IMG/VR virus record: IMGVR_UViG_3300050821_002957
Span: 62,001-126,000 of that record
Direction: 5' to 3' (one strand)
DNA length: 64,000 nt
A program made the translations under genes and the position numbers. A model generated the notes under the pieces. It saw only the letters and a program-made list of their open reading frames with translations, searched no databases and was not told the DNA's origin. Below are positions 20,064 to 29,962 of the stretch, in pieces. Position 1 is the stretch's first letter. The number at the start of each line of letters is the position of its first letter.

Positions 20064-20624
20064 TTAGTTCTCGTCGTATTGTAATGTTACGGTGATGCTT
20101 GCCATGTCGCCTGCGGACGCTGAAGAAGTCGTCTGAAGCTGCGTTGCGAGATATTGAGTGAAACCACCACCAGATGCCAATGTTGCTCCCGGCGATGCGT
20201 TTGAAGGATCTGCTGCAAACTGAACCGTCTGACCTGAACCAATTGCAACTGCGGTCGTAAAGTTGACCGTCAAAGATGCGTTCGTTGTTGTGGACGGCGT
20301 TGCGTATGTGCTGGTGACTACACCCATCAAGGTCAAACCAGTTGCCAAAGATCCCGAAGGAGCAGTGTGTGCCGACCACTTTCCGTTCAAAATTTCATTG
20401 TACGAACCAGAGAACTGACCGTATTGATACTTCGTGAACGAGTTGTTGCCTGCGACGATAGGAGATGCCGAATAAAGCGTTCCACCTGAGCTAGTCTTTG
20501 CGTCATCAGTATTTTTCCATGATACGTCGGTCGGAGGAGTCGATAACTGTGAACGAGTAGTTCCGTGTGCTGGAGAGCCTGTTGCTGCTCCGTTATCTTC
20601 GCACCAATTGAATGTTGCTGCCAA
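20064..20624 (-). CDS. Thr/Ser/Gly-rich beta-sandwich virion protein (TTG start)
   Basis: 186 aa; AAGGA Shine-Dalgarno; late promoter near 20683. Confidence 0.65.
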   Translation of the reverse strand: MAATFNWCEDNGAATGSPAHGTTRSQLSTPPTDVSWKNTDDAKTSSGGTLYSASPIVAGNNSFTKYQYGQFSGSYNEILNGKWSAHTAPSGSLATGLTLMGVVTSTYATPSTTTNASLTVNFTTAVAIGSGQTVQFAADPSNASPGATLASGGGFTQYLATQLQTTSSASAGDMASITVTLQYDEN

Positions 20625-20685
20625 TGTAGTTTTCCTTACTCTCAGTTAAAGAGAGATTTTGAATTGCATTGTATTGCTAAGATAT

Positions 20686-21078
20686 TTAGATACCACCAAA
20701 GTCGTCAGGAACGTATGGTGTGATGAGTGTGGTATCGGGTCTAGACGTTACGGCAGGGTTGACAGTGACAATTCCTTCAAAAATTTTGGTGATCATTCCA
20801 CTTCCAGTGTTGGTAACGATCAAATCATAGACCCATCGTGTAGAATTCAATCCCATTGTCTGGGCATGTGACAACGTAAGGGTTATGACACCAGCAGTTG
20901 CATTGGTGACTGTCGCTGTAACTGCTACTGCATAGTTTGAACCATATGACAGACGAATCAAACAGGTGGCAGTGTATCCAGTGAGATTCAAAACCGACCC
21001 ATCGGGGTTAGTCACAGGAGGCAACACGGCTACAAAATCGGAACCTTGATCAATATACAAGTCTAGTGATAGAGCCAT
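20686..21078 (-). CDS. virion structural protein (Ig-like, T4-like cyanophage type)
   Basis: IDQGSDF...NLTGYT...YD...KIFEG.VTV.P motif. Confidence 0.8.
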   Translation of the reverse strand: MALSLDLYIDQGSDFVAVLPPVTNPDGSVLNLTGYTATCLIRLSYGSNYAVAVTATVTNATAGVITLTLSHAQTMGLNSTRWVYDLIVTNTGSGMITKIFEGIVTVNPAVTSRPDTTLITPYVPDDFGGI

Positions 21079-21100
21079 GTTGCCTCAATTGTGAGTTAAT

Positions 21101-21637
21101 TTACTTCTTCAAAGCGACGGCGGCGGCGAGTGTCTGAGCAGTCTTCGTCTTGATTTTCTTCAACATCGCTTTGTCAGCCCTGCCCATAGCCATCTTAGGA
21201 GATACGTGCGGAGCCAATTTTGCTAACGACGTAACCGAAGACGAATTGAGTTGAGAGATAAAGATATTGATTGCTGCTGTAACTGCCTGGATTGCTGCAA
21301 GGACTGTCGGTGCATTTGATCCAAATGCAGGTGCCGCAACCTGAGCGAAAGCTGACGTAATGACAGCGATCTTTTCAGCATTGGTATCCTTGGAATCTAG
21401 TTCAGTGGTGGATGTATTGACTGCCGTTGCTACGCTTGTTGCATAGGTGGAGACAAGATTTGCTGTTGCCTGATCGAGCTTACCTGTTGCTACGAGAGCC
21501 TGAGTAACCACGACTGCAACCGAAGCTGCATCCGACACAGCGTTAAGTGCTACTACCAAATTCGACGCTGGTGTTCCGCATCCAACCGATGCCAGACCCA
21601 TCACACACGCCATAAAAACTGCTAAAATGGACTTCAT
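21101..21637 (-). CDS. predicted lipoprotein
   Basis: MKSILAVFMACVMGLASVGC lipobox-like signal; Ala-rich helices. Confidence 0.65.
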   Translation of the reverse strand: MKSILAVFMACVMGLASVGCGTPASNLVVALNAVSDAASVAVVVTQALVATGKLDQATANLVSTYATSVATAVNTSTTELDSKDTNAEKIAVITSAFAQVAAPAFGSNAPTVLAAIQAVTAAINIFISQLNSSSVTSLAKLAPHVSPKMAMGRADKAMLKKIKTKTAQTLAAAVALKK

Positions 21638-21688
21638 TTGTTTTTCCTCTTTTGTGAAGGACTGCCCTCACGTCAGAAGTATATAGCC

Positions 21689-22255
21689 CTACTTCTTGGT
21701 CTTGCTTTTTGTCTTCTTAACTACTTTCTTCTTAGCGGGTTTCTTCTTTGCCGGTTTTTCCAAGTTCTTCTTGGTAGTTGGTTTTTTGGATAGATTTTTC
21801 GCTACTGCGACAACAAGCGGATCTTTTTTCCTTGGTGCTGAAATTTTTGAGCTTAATTTCTCATGTTCGCTCTCTTTGGACAATTCCTTCACAGTAGCAA
21901 GCAACAGAGGATCGGTAGTTTCGACTTCTTCTGGCTTCACTTCCGGTTTGTTCAAAAAAATATCAATGGAAGGCGGCGGGTCGGCTAGAGGTTCGACCTG
22001 TGGTTTGTCCGGTACATTGGCAAACATTTCTTCGACAGCACGGTCAATAGGCCCAGTGTAAGCAGATTCTTCATCGCAACAACGTGGATATAAAATAGCT
22101 GGATTAGGAATGGTGAATGTAGGCGGTGCTGGCTTCACTTCTTCTTCGGTCTTGAGTTCTTTGGCTGCGTTCAATAAATCTGCGGTTGTGCCTTCAAAGA
22201 CCACCGACGCTTCTTTCTTCTTCCAACCAAACCAATCTAAAATTTTGTCAAACAT
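21689..22255 (-). CDS. hypothetical protein with histone-like Lys-rich tail
   Basis: C-terminus KPAKKKPAKKKVVKKTKSKTKK. Confidence 0.65.
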   Translation of the reverse strand: MFDKILDWFGWKKKEASVVFEGTTADLLNAAKELKTEEEVKPAPPTFTIPNPAILYPRCCDEESAYTGPIDRAVEEMFANVPDKPQVEPLADPPPSIDIFLNKPEVKPEEVETTDPLLLATVKELSKESEHEKLSSKISAPRKKDPLVVAVAKNLSKKPTTKKNLEKPAKKKPAKKKVVKKTKSKTKK

Positions 22256-22266
22256 AATATCCTGAT

Positions 22267-22584
22267 TTACGATTCTTCGTAACCGTAAGCTATTGCATTG
22301 ACGCCCGTCGCAGTGCTGAACACATAAATGAACTGTCCTTCATTAAGCACCAATCCAGAGCGTTCGTAAGTCTCATACGGATAGATCGTATAATTGTAAG
22401 CGATGTATTGACCGTTTGAAACTGATGTCGATGTGGTCAGAGCGATGTTCACCTGGACCGGACTTGAAGTGCGGTTGACCATTGAGACTGAGAATGATGC
22501 AACCATTCCCGATGGGCAGGCATAAAGCTGCTCGTTTGTTGATGCATTTGGGATGTCGAGTGTTCCGAGAATTCCTGTAGCCAT
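22267..22584 (-). CDS. small virion structural protein
   Basis: LY.CP...NR...ERSGLVL..GQ...YGYEE motif typical of T4-like tail accessory proteins. Confidence 0.7.
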   Translation of the reverse strand: MATGILGTLDIPNASTNEQLYACPSGMVASFSVSMVNRTSSPVQVNIALTTSTSVSNGQYIAYNYTIYPYETYERSGLVLNEGQFIYVFSTATGVNAIAYGYEES

Positions 22585-22593
22585 ATTTTCCTC

Positions 22594-22881
22594 TTAATAC
22601 AAAATAGTCATCGAGCCTGCAAATCGCATACGACCCTTTGTCGTTCCAAGCCCACCACCAGTAACCGTCACAACACCAGATTCATTGATCGTGATGTCGC
22701 CAGAAGCAGTGACATTGGCATAGTTTGTACCGTTGAACACCAAAATTTGTCCTGGTGACGGACTGGAAGATGAAAGCAAGGTTCCAGCCGATCCTAACGT
22801 GTTTACCACGTCGATCATATCGTTGTCTTTTTGGACCCATTGATCGAAGGTGTCAGTTATTAGAATCTGTGGTATCGGCAT
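22594..22881 (-). CDS. small virion protein
   Basis: TDTFDQW..K.N N-terminal motif common in T4-like fibre proteins. Confidence 0.65.
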   Translation of the reverse strand: MPIPQILITDTFDQWVQKDNDMIDVVNTLGSAGTLLSSSSPSPGQILVFNGTNYANVTASGDITINESGVVTVTGGGLGTTKGRMRFAGSMTILY

Positions 22882-23137
22882 TCTTCTCCTCCAGCAATTT
22901 ATAAACTAGCTTCTTTAATTCCGCTACGTCTGTTCGCAAACTATTTAGTTCTCTATCCTTTGCACGCTGGTCTGCGAGCTTCTTCATCGCATTGTCATGT
23001 GCTCTCTGTGATTTTCTCAGAGCACCGACATTCGTATTAATCACGCCCATACTGAACGTGTCACGCACCAAAGAATTGTTACCATTGATGTTCAAGTACT
23101 TTGGAATAGATGACTTAGGTATTGGTCTTTTACTCAT
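22853..23137 (-). CDS. conserved small protein typically found downstream of DUF4815
   Basis: LVRD..S..VINTN motif plus C-terminal coiled coil. Confidence 0.7.
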   Translation of the reverse strand: MSKRPIPKSSIPKYLNINGNNSLVRDTFSMGVINTNVGALRKSQRAHDNAMKKLADQRAKDRELNSLRTDVAELKKLVYKLLEEKNADTTDSNN

Positions 23138-26100
23138 GAATTTAGGGCAATTCCCTGGAAGTCTTGCATGGTCGGCGGCTGCGAAGAGTTTCCACCACGC
23201 ATTACCAACTTTACCGAAAATGCTGTGAACGAACCAATGTCATTCGCCGAGAAGCTATAGTCTTTGTATTCATCCGGGTTTGACGAGAAGCCTTGGTCAA
23301 CGGTATCGTCAACTGCAATGGCTGTCCACAAAATCGAATCGAATTGCTGTGTACTGTTCGTCGGTAATACTCGATAGTAACAATCGACGAAAGATCCCGG
23401 TGGACGATTGATTGCAAATAGAATGTGCAAACTGTTTGCCGGATTTGCAAGATTAAACTGTCTTGTGATGTAACGAGATGCTGTCGTACAACCATCTGGA
23501 CCACTTTCTGCAACGTAACGATTGTACTGAATAAGCGTCACGTTTGCTTGATTGGTTGCCGGAACGAATGGCTGAGAGACCCCAGTGTTGCAAGTCAAAG
23601 AATTCGGTCCTACAGCTAAGACCAAAACGGGATTGCTGAATGGATAAGGATTTGATGTTGCACCGTCGATCTCCATTACATATCCAGGTTTAAATCCGCT
23701 AAAGTCAAGAACAGAAGACGGATTGGTGATTGTGTTCACATATTGGAAATTGTTGACCGTACCGATTGCAGGTCCAGGAGGCGTCGAATCTGCTCCTGAA
23801 ATTGCTTCCGATACAATAAAGTTTCCAGTTACATTTGACAAGGTTAGGTTTACCGAGTCCCATGCAACAACAGTTCCTTGTGCGCCGCTCGTCTGGCCGG
23901 TGACTGTATCATTCAAAACGAACGGACCACCTGTGACAGCGATAACCTGAACAATGACTTGACTATTGAAGACAAAATAATCTCCAGAGGTCGATGTCAA
24001 TGTCGCACCAGCATCTAATGCCTTAATCGTTCTATTTGCAAATGTTGGATCATCAAGACGAGTGTTTACCAAAATGATCGATGTACGACCAAGGTCAATC
24101 TGTGGCGTCAAATTTTCTGTCGTCGTAGACATGGTTGCTTGCAATTTGAAAGAACGACGATCATAGACTGATGCACCGACAATGCTGGTAGCCTCATTGA
24201 TATCGCTGGCTACCATTCGAGGAGTCAAAAACTCATTGGTAGTATTGATCGGAACCGGCACCCAAGAAGGATCTTGCAAGTATGGTTCCTGTGACGTATA
24301 AGAATTGTTATCTGGTGACTTACCAGAAATACCTTCAAAGGCCCAAGCAATATCAGTTCCGCTTACTGTCAACGTATTTGCAATGATGTCCAAGGCGTCA
24401 TACTGAATGTTCTTGGTTGCAACAATTCCTTCCGGTCCAACACGACCTGTCCCGCTTGCTGCCGTTCCTGCTACTGTAATTGTGTAGTCATCCAAAGTTA
24501 CGTTGTCAATCGAAAATGTTCCATTTAATTGAACATCAGTCAAACCATTATAAGTTCCCGGAGGAATGTTCGAGAGAGTTACGACACTATTGACATTTTC
24601 GCCCTTTGGCATTCCATGATTTGGATGAAGCACACGAACAATGTTTTGTCCCGTTGCAGTCTGAAGCGGCAACGATCCCAATGTGTCTGGTTGTACAGAT
24701 GAATTAGTAAAGTACACTTCACCGTCCACAGTTGGATCGAACTGTGCCTGATAGCAAGTGAACTTCATATTCTGTGTCGGATCAGCAACCCATGTCGAAG
24801 CGTTCTGCGATTTAAAAATGCTTCCAAGATACGGAGGCGTGCTTACAATATTGGTCGAGCCGATGATTGTGTCACCTAAAACTGCGGTGTAGACATTATA
24901 CTGAATCGAATTTGCAATCAAGACAATAGCATACTCTGTACCATCATTCAAATAGATCGGAGTATCGAAGACGAATTGTGTCGGCACCGAAGCATCTTGC
25001 GAAGTGTTAATTACAGCGTTAGTGTATGGCGACGGATAGTCAAGCACACCAGAAGAATTGATTGCACTCAAAATCGGATTATTTGGATAGAGTGTTTTCT
25101 GAGAATATGGAACAACATCCTGTGATGGATAACCATTGACCATACTACGAATTTGCATCGTGACGGGAACTGACGGATCAGCCGACTGGAAGTAAACATC
25201 GACCGCAGTCAAGAATAGACCGCCAGCCGACTTAACCAAGAACGACTGAGCAAGCGGATCAACCCACAATGTCAAGTCAACTACTTCAGGACTACCACTT
25301 GTTTGTGCAACCGCAGTCTGTTGTGATGTTGTCGTCGTCGAACCGAGATTCTGAGTGACAATCTGTGACTGGCTGACCTGTTGTGTCTGAATTTGTGGTG
25401 TGGCAATCGACGTAATGGTTTCTTGGTTCTGATCAACAATACCAGACGCATTGTAAGTAGCATCACCGTATGTCGAAGCAGTTGCAGCATTCGTCAAACT
25501 TGAGGTTAAACGGAACACACGAGCACCGACACGAAATTCATTTGCAGTATTGCACGGAATTTCAAAGAATAAAGTTATGCTTCCGGTTGCATCGGTGACC
25601 AAAGGATCATTCAAAGCACCAACCAAAAGTGTAGCTGTCTGATCAGTATCGGTAGGATCTTCAGATACACCTTCGTCAATGTTGTCTTGAGGGCTATAAT
25701 CTCCACCCCATGTAATCGTTATCGTTTCCCAATCTGCTGTTGACGGTGCATTTGGTGTGATTTGAGGATCAAGATAAGGACGACAGAAAGCCGACACCAA
25801 TGTTCCATCAAAGAATGGATACAAAGTTGTACTTGGCTTAAAGTGCGTACCAATAACTTTGATACGGCGACTTCTAATGTAAGGAGTCAGGCTGACATTA
25901 ACGACAGAATTGTTGACTGTCTGAGTAATATTAGCCGTGACCATCGTCTGAATACCAGTACGAGTTTGGCTGATTTGCTGTGACGTGCTGACCGTTGTGT
26001 TCGTTGTTGTCGTAGACGATGTAGAAGCGCCTGGACCCTGAACAGTATAAGGAACCTGGACAGAGTTTTGACCATTCCATTCAGGACTCGTCGAATATGG

Positions 26101-29100
26101 AGAACCATTGATGTAAATGACGGTGTGTGAATACTCGTCTCCTTCGCTCGAACCGGCGTTTGCTGTGTTGTTCGTATAGGTCCAGCTACCAGGAGTTGCG
26201 ATAAGATTTGCAATGACATCCTGAGGATTCGTGCTACCACTACCAGCAGTTGATGATGGTGTTGAAGAGGTCGATACCGTAGATGATGTGGTGCTTACAG
26301 GCGTACCGACCCAATTAGTCTGCCAGTCACCCCAAGTTACTCCGCTCCATTGATTGACGTACTGATAACCATCCATTGCCGAGTTATCTGTCAAATTAAT
26401 AACTGGACGTTGGACCGTAGAATACCATGTATCAGTCGGCGGAACTAACGAAACACTGCCATAATACGTGAAAACGGCGAATGGATTGATATTGATTGTG
26501 TCGGTAGCAAAGCCTTGCGTAATTGCCGGGATTTGAGTGTACGGCAAAACGCAGATGTTGTCTCGAACCACATATCCCGACGAACCTGTTGCATAAAAAT
26601 CAAGGTTGTTAGAATTTTGAATAAAGGTTGGACGTAAAGTTCCCGAACCAGGATCTACAGAACATGCAAAGTCAGGATCAAAAACATCTCCGACACCCAT
26701 GCCTTGGAAATTGTCTACGACGAATCCATTTTGGAAACGATCCAATCCAGTTGCCGTGTTTGTTACGGTATAATTGGCTGCGCTTGTCTCAAGTTGGTTT
26801 AAACTGACATAGTATTCAAGGTTAGCAATACGCTGTTCGAGCTTACCAATGTCCTGCATAGTGTATGAAGGGTTATTGGTCGTAATCCAAGAAAGGTCTG
26901 TTGTAGAAAGTGTGTACGGATTAAGAGTAATCGTGTACAACATCATACCATCGAGAGGATCTGCTGGCGGTAGAGGAGCCAACGCCGGGGTTCCTGTGAT
27001 GTCATCAAAATTGCCGTATCTATCGACGTAAATTTTATCGATACGTCCGAGATAGTATTGGAAATCAGCAATGATATTATTCGATGTCTGGAGAGGAGCC
27101 GAATAGCTTCCGCCCGTTCCAGAGAATCCCAGTCCATCATCTTCGAGGCGAGGACGGAAATCCATACAGTCACGAAGGACCATAAAACTTCCATTAGAGG
27201 CCGGATAAACAGGGATATTGTTATAAGAAACTTGGTTAGTGTAGCTATCGACCGAGAAGTAGTCACCAGATCCCGAGTGGGCAAAGTATTTGAACGAAAT
27301 CAAAACACGGCCACCTGGATTCGGTGCTCCCGGTGAAAGGATTATTCGACCGATGTCATAGTAATAGTCACGTTGACCACCATCCAAGACATAACGACCG
27401 CTAATGTCCATGTCGCTTGTAGTTGCATCAACACCAGGATCTCCTGAGTCATAAACATTTAAAAGCGAATACACATCACCTTTTGAAAGTGACATGATCG
27501 GAGTTGGATTTGGAAATGCAATTGTTGCTGTGGTTAGAGCCTTGAGTTTCTCTTGTGCTCCCGTCTTGTAAAGTGTAGCCATCAACTTTACAGTCGTTCC
27601 GGTAATACCACCCAAGATTCCAGCATTGAAAATTGTAAACGTAAGCTGAGTGCCTGCTGGACTTCCGCCGAAATTCCCCGAGTTGATGTACTGGTCAAGA
27701 TCAATGATCTTACCAATCTGTCCCGAGTTGGAACATGCTACGATGACAGCCATATAATCAATGTTGTTATATGGTGCAAATGTTGCTGTTGGTGAAGTGT
27801 TGAAGATGTACTGTCCAGAACTGTTGCTGGTTGCAATGAAGGTCTGACGAACATAGTAATTGGTTCGGCAAGTAGTGTCAGATGCACGAATGGTCGAAAC
27901 CAATTGGATCGGCATTTGATAGACCAACAGAGCTAATGACGAATTGAAAATTTGACGACGATTAGCTAAAGTTCCTGTTGTAGAACTTGGTGCCGTGAAC
28001 TGACCGCTCGACAAAATTTGAAGTGCGTTTGTATTGTTTGGTTCAGTGATGATGATATTGTTAATTGCATCGTACTCATCCAGAATTTCAGTTCCGATTC
28101 CACTTGGGCCGGTAATCGTTGCACCTGGAACTAGACCTGTACCGTTGATGTTTGTTGCATCGAACATGGTGCAAACGTCACCCCAGCACGCTAGACCATT
28201 GTTATTGTTGTGTGAGGAATCGTTTACTAAGTAGAACGAACGAACGTTATCGATGTTCACACCAGGGTTCAAATTGATGTCAAAAATGAACAGCTTAAAC
28301 AGAGCACTTGGATCACCAGCATTAAGTCCACTGTAGTATTCCATTGCATGAATTCTGGCTGTTCCTAATCCGTTCGTAGCAAGATCAAAAGAACCATTGC
28401 TCTTCCGATTTGAAAAATTGATTGTCAAAAAGTTTTTCGGAACGCTAGAATCCGGCAATGGGAAATTTGAAATGTTCTTGACCAGAAGATAATTTCCAAT
28501 GGGCGCTGCAACCTGAGCACTTACTGCCTGGGCTGTCGTTCTTGCCTTAGCAACTGTCACAAATTGGGTGGACAAAGTGTCGATACGATAACCATCTACA
28601 TATGCACGACCAGACTCCATTCCGACAGCCAACTTCGTAATGTCTCCGATTCCAAACGGTGGTGGAGGATAAACTCCGTTGTTAACCATCGTCGGATCAG
28701 ACACAATGTACGTTGTAGTCGTGTCAGGAACTTTGTTTGCTGCAAAAGGATTGTCAATAACTGCTATCTTCGTTGCTCCAGTGTATCCAGTGATGGTGAA
28801 ATTTTGTCCTGCACCTGTGCCATTGGAAAGGTAGATTTGATTATTGACATAAGCACCATCGACGGCTGAGGCTGATGTCGCCAACATGATAGATGCTGGT
28901 GCTGCCGGTCCAGGATTAGATCCTACAGCTTGCGTTGCACCGGCCACCTGTCCTTCAGTTACAAAGGATGTGTCTAAGTGTTCACGCACATTGATTTGGA
29001 AATTACGAACTGCAAAGTCACCTGCGCTGTCGGCAACATATCCGGCAAGCTCTTGAGCAATAACACTGTAAGTATCAGTCTTTACCTGAGTCTGAGTAAT

Positions 29101-29919
29101 GCTGTTCAAAAGACGAACAAGCTCGATGAAATTTGGATTTGTCGGTGGATTTAATGTCACCGAAGCAGAAACCGGAACGCTGGTCAAAATCAAATCAATT
29201 TTGTAACGATCCGCACCAGGAGCCGCATAATTTGGGCTACCGGCTGCATTGTCCAAAAGAGAAGAATCTGATGCCGATGTCACAATACTTTCGACAATCT
29301 GCAAACCTACTGCACAAGAAACAAGATTGCTGTACTTGTTCAAAAGAATATACTGTGCTTCTACACGAACAAAATAGCCCCAAATGTAGTAGACACCTTC
29401 GTCAATTTGAGCCGAAATACAAAGACCTGTTCCGTTCGATGCCTGAACTGTTGCCAATCCAGTGGTCGATCCTTGCAATGTCAAAACTTCGCCGCCAGCA
29501 AACACTTCTGCGCCTGCTATTCCAGTATTCAAATACTTTACAAATAGCGTCGGATTGTCTGAGTTGACAGCCGGGGTAGAATATACAACTTGTGCCTGAA
29601 GACCTGTGGTTTGTCCGACGACGATTTGACCTGTAAAAAGTGCAAGATTGACTGGAATCGGGTTTGGCCCAAGCATTCCATAAGTCGGATTCAAAATGAC
29701 ATAAGCAGTCATTGGATCAGTTGCAATCTGACCAGGGAGAACCATTGATCCATTTTGATAGATGGAATCGCCAAGATTTTTGATTTGTTGCTGGAGGATA
29801 CTTTGTTCGGTCGTAAGTTCACGAGCCTGGACAGCTACCGCAGGCTTGAACAGCACTCGGTAGAAATGCTTCGTATCGCTGAAGTCATCATTGTACGGCG
29901 AAATATTGAAATTTAACAT
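23134..29919 (-). CDS. large virion structural protein, DUF4815/VrlC-like
   Basis: 2261 aa; PY.DDF...FYRVLFKP..AVQARELT, APGADRYKI, LEQRI.NLEYY.SL, DRF.NGFVVDNF, NINPFAV, DPLAQSF. Confidence 0.9.
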   Translation of the reverse strand: MLNFNISPYNDDFSDTKHFYRVLFKPAVAVQARELTTEQSILQQQIKNLGDSIYQNGSMVLPGQIATDPMTAYVILNPTYGMLGPNPIPVNLALFTGQIVVGQTTGLQAQVVYSTPAVNSDNPTLFVKYLNTGIAGAEVFAGGEVLTLQGSTTGLATVQASNGTGLCISAQIDEGVYYIWGYFVRVEAQYILLNKYSNLVSCAVGLQIVESIVTSASDSSLLDNAAGSPNYAAPGADRYKIDLILTSVPVSASVTLNPPTNPNFIELVRLLNSITQTQVKTDTYSVIAQELAGYVADSAGDFAVRNFQINVREHLDTSFVTEGQVAGATQAVGSNPGPAAPASIMLATSASAVDGAYVNNQIYLSNGTGAGQNFTITGYTGATKIAVIDNPFAANKVPDTTTTYIVSDPTMVNNGVYPPPPFGIGDITKLAVGMESGRAYVDGYRIDTLSTQFVTVAKARTTAQAVSAQVAAPIGNYLLVKNISNFPLPDSSVPKNFLTINFSNRKSNGSFDLATNGLGTARIHAMEYYSGLNAGDPSALFKLFIFDINLNPGVNIDNVRSFYLVNDSSHNNNNGLACWGDVCTMFDATNINGTGLVPGATITGPSGIGTEILDEYDAINNIIITEPNNTNALQILSSGQFTAPSSTTGTLANRRQIFNSSLALLVYQMPIQLVSTIRASDTTCRTNYYVRQTFIATSNSSGQYIFNTSPTATFAPYNNIDYMAVIVACSNSGQIGKIIDLDQYINSGNFGGSPAGTQLTFTIFNAGILGGITGTTVKLMATLYKTGAQEKLKALTTATIAFPNPTPIMSLSKGDVYSLLNVYDSGDPGVDATTSDMDISGRYVLDGGQRDYYYDIGRIILSPGAPNPGGRVLISFKYFAHSGSGDYFSVDSYTNQVSYNNIPVYPASNGSFMVLRDCMDFRPRLEDDGLGFSGTGGSYSAPLQTSNNIIADFQYYLGRIDKIYVDRYGNFDDITGTPALAPLPPADPLDGMMLYTITLNPYTLSTTDLSWITTNNPSYTMQDIGKLEQRIANLEYYVSLNQLETSAANYTVTNTATGLDRFQNGFVVDNFQGMGVGDVFDPDFACSVDPGSGTLRPTFIQNSNNLDFYATGSSGYVVRDNICVLPYTQIPAITQGFATDTININPFAVFTYYGSVSLVPPTDTWYSTVQRPVINLTDNSAMDGYQYVNQWSGVTWGDWQTNWVGTPVSTTSSTVSTSSTPSSTAGSGSTNPQDVIANLIATPGSWTYTNNTANAGSSEGDEYSHTVIYINGSPYSTSPEWNGQNSVQVPYTVQGPGASTSSTTTTNTTVSTSQQISQTRTGIQTMVTANITQTVNNSVVNVSLTPYIRSRRIKVIGTHFKPSTTLYPFFDGTLVSAFCRPYLDPQITPNAPSTADWETITITWGGDYSPQDNIDEGVSEDPTDTDQTATLLVGALNDPLVTDATGSITLFFEIPCNTANEFRVGARVFRLTSSLTNAATASTYGDATYNASGIVDQNQETITSIATPQIQTQQVSQSQIVTQNLGSTTTTSQQTAVAQTSGSPEVVDLTLWVDPLAQSFLVKSAGGLFLTAVDVYFQSADPSVPVTMQIRSMVNGYPSQDVVPYSQKTLYPNNPILSAINSSGVLDYPSPYTNAVINTSQDASVPTQFVFDTPIYLNDGTEYAIVLIANSIQYNVYTAVLGDTIIGSTNIVSTPPYLGSIFKSQNASTWVADPTQNMKFTCYQAQFDPTVDGEVYFTNSSVQPDTLGSLPLQTATGQNIVRVLHPNHGMPKGENVNSVVTLSNIPPGTYNGLTDVQLNGTFSIDNVTLDDYTITVAGTAASGTGRVGPEGIVATKNIQYDALDIIANTLTVSGTDIAWAFEGISGKSPDNNSYTSQEPYLQDPSWVPVPINTTNEFLTPRMVASDINEATSIVGASVYDRRSFKLQATMSTTTENLTPQIDLGRTSIILVNTRLDDPTFANRTIKALDAGATLTSTSGDYFVFNSQVIVQVIAVTGGPFVLNDTVTGQTSGAQGTVVAWDSVNLTLSNVTGNFIVSEAISGADSTPPGPAIGTVNNFQYVNTITNPSSVLDFSGFKPGYVMEIDGATSNPYPFSNPVLVLAVGPNSLTCNTGVSQPFVPATNQANVTLIQYNRYVAESGPDGCTTASRYITRQFNLANPANSLHILFAINRPPGSFVDCYYRVLPTNSTQQFDSILWTAIAVDDTVDQGFSSNPDEYKDYSFSANDIGSFTAFSVKLVMRGGNSSQPPTMQDFQGIALNS

Positions 29920-29962
29920 GGGTACTCAGTCGGTATTTAGGCTGCTTGAAAACGCCTGTCAA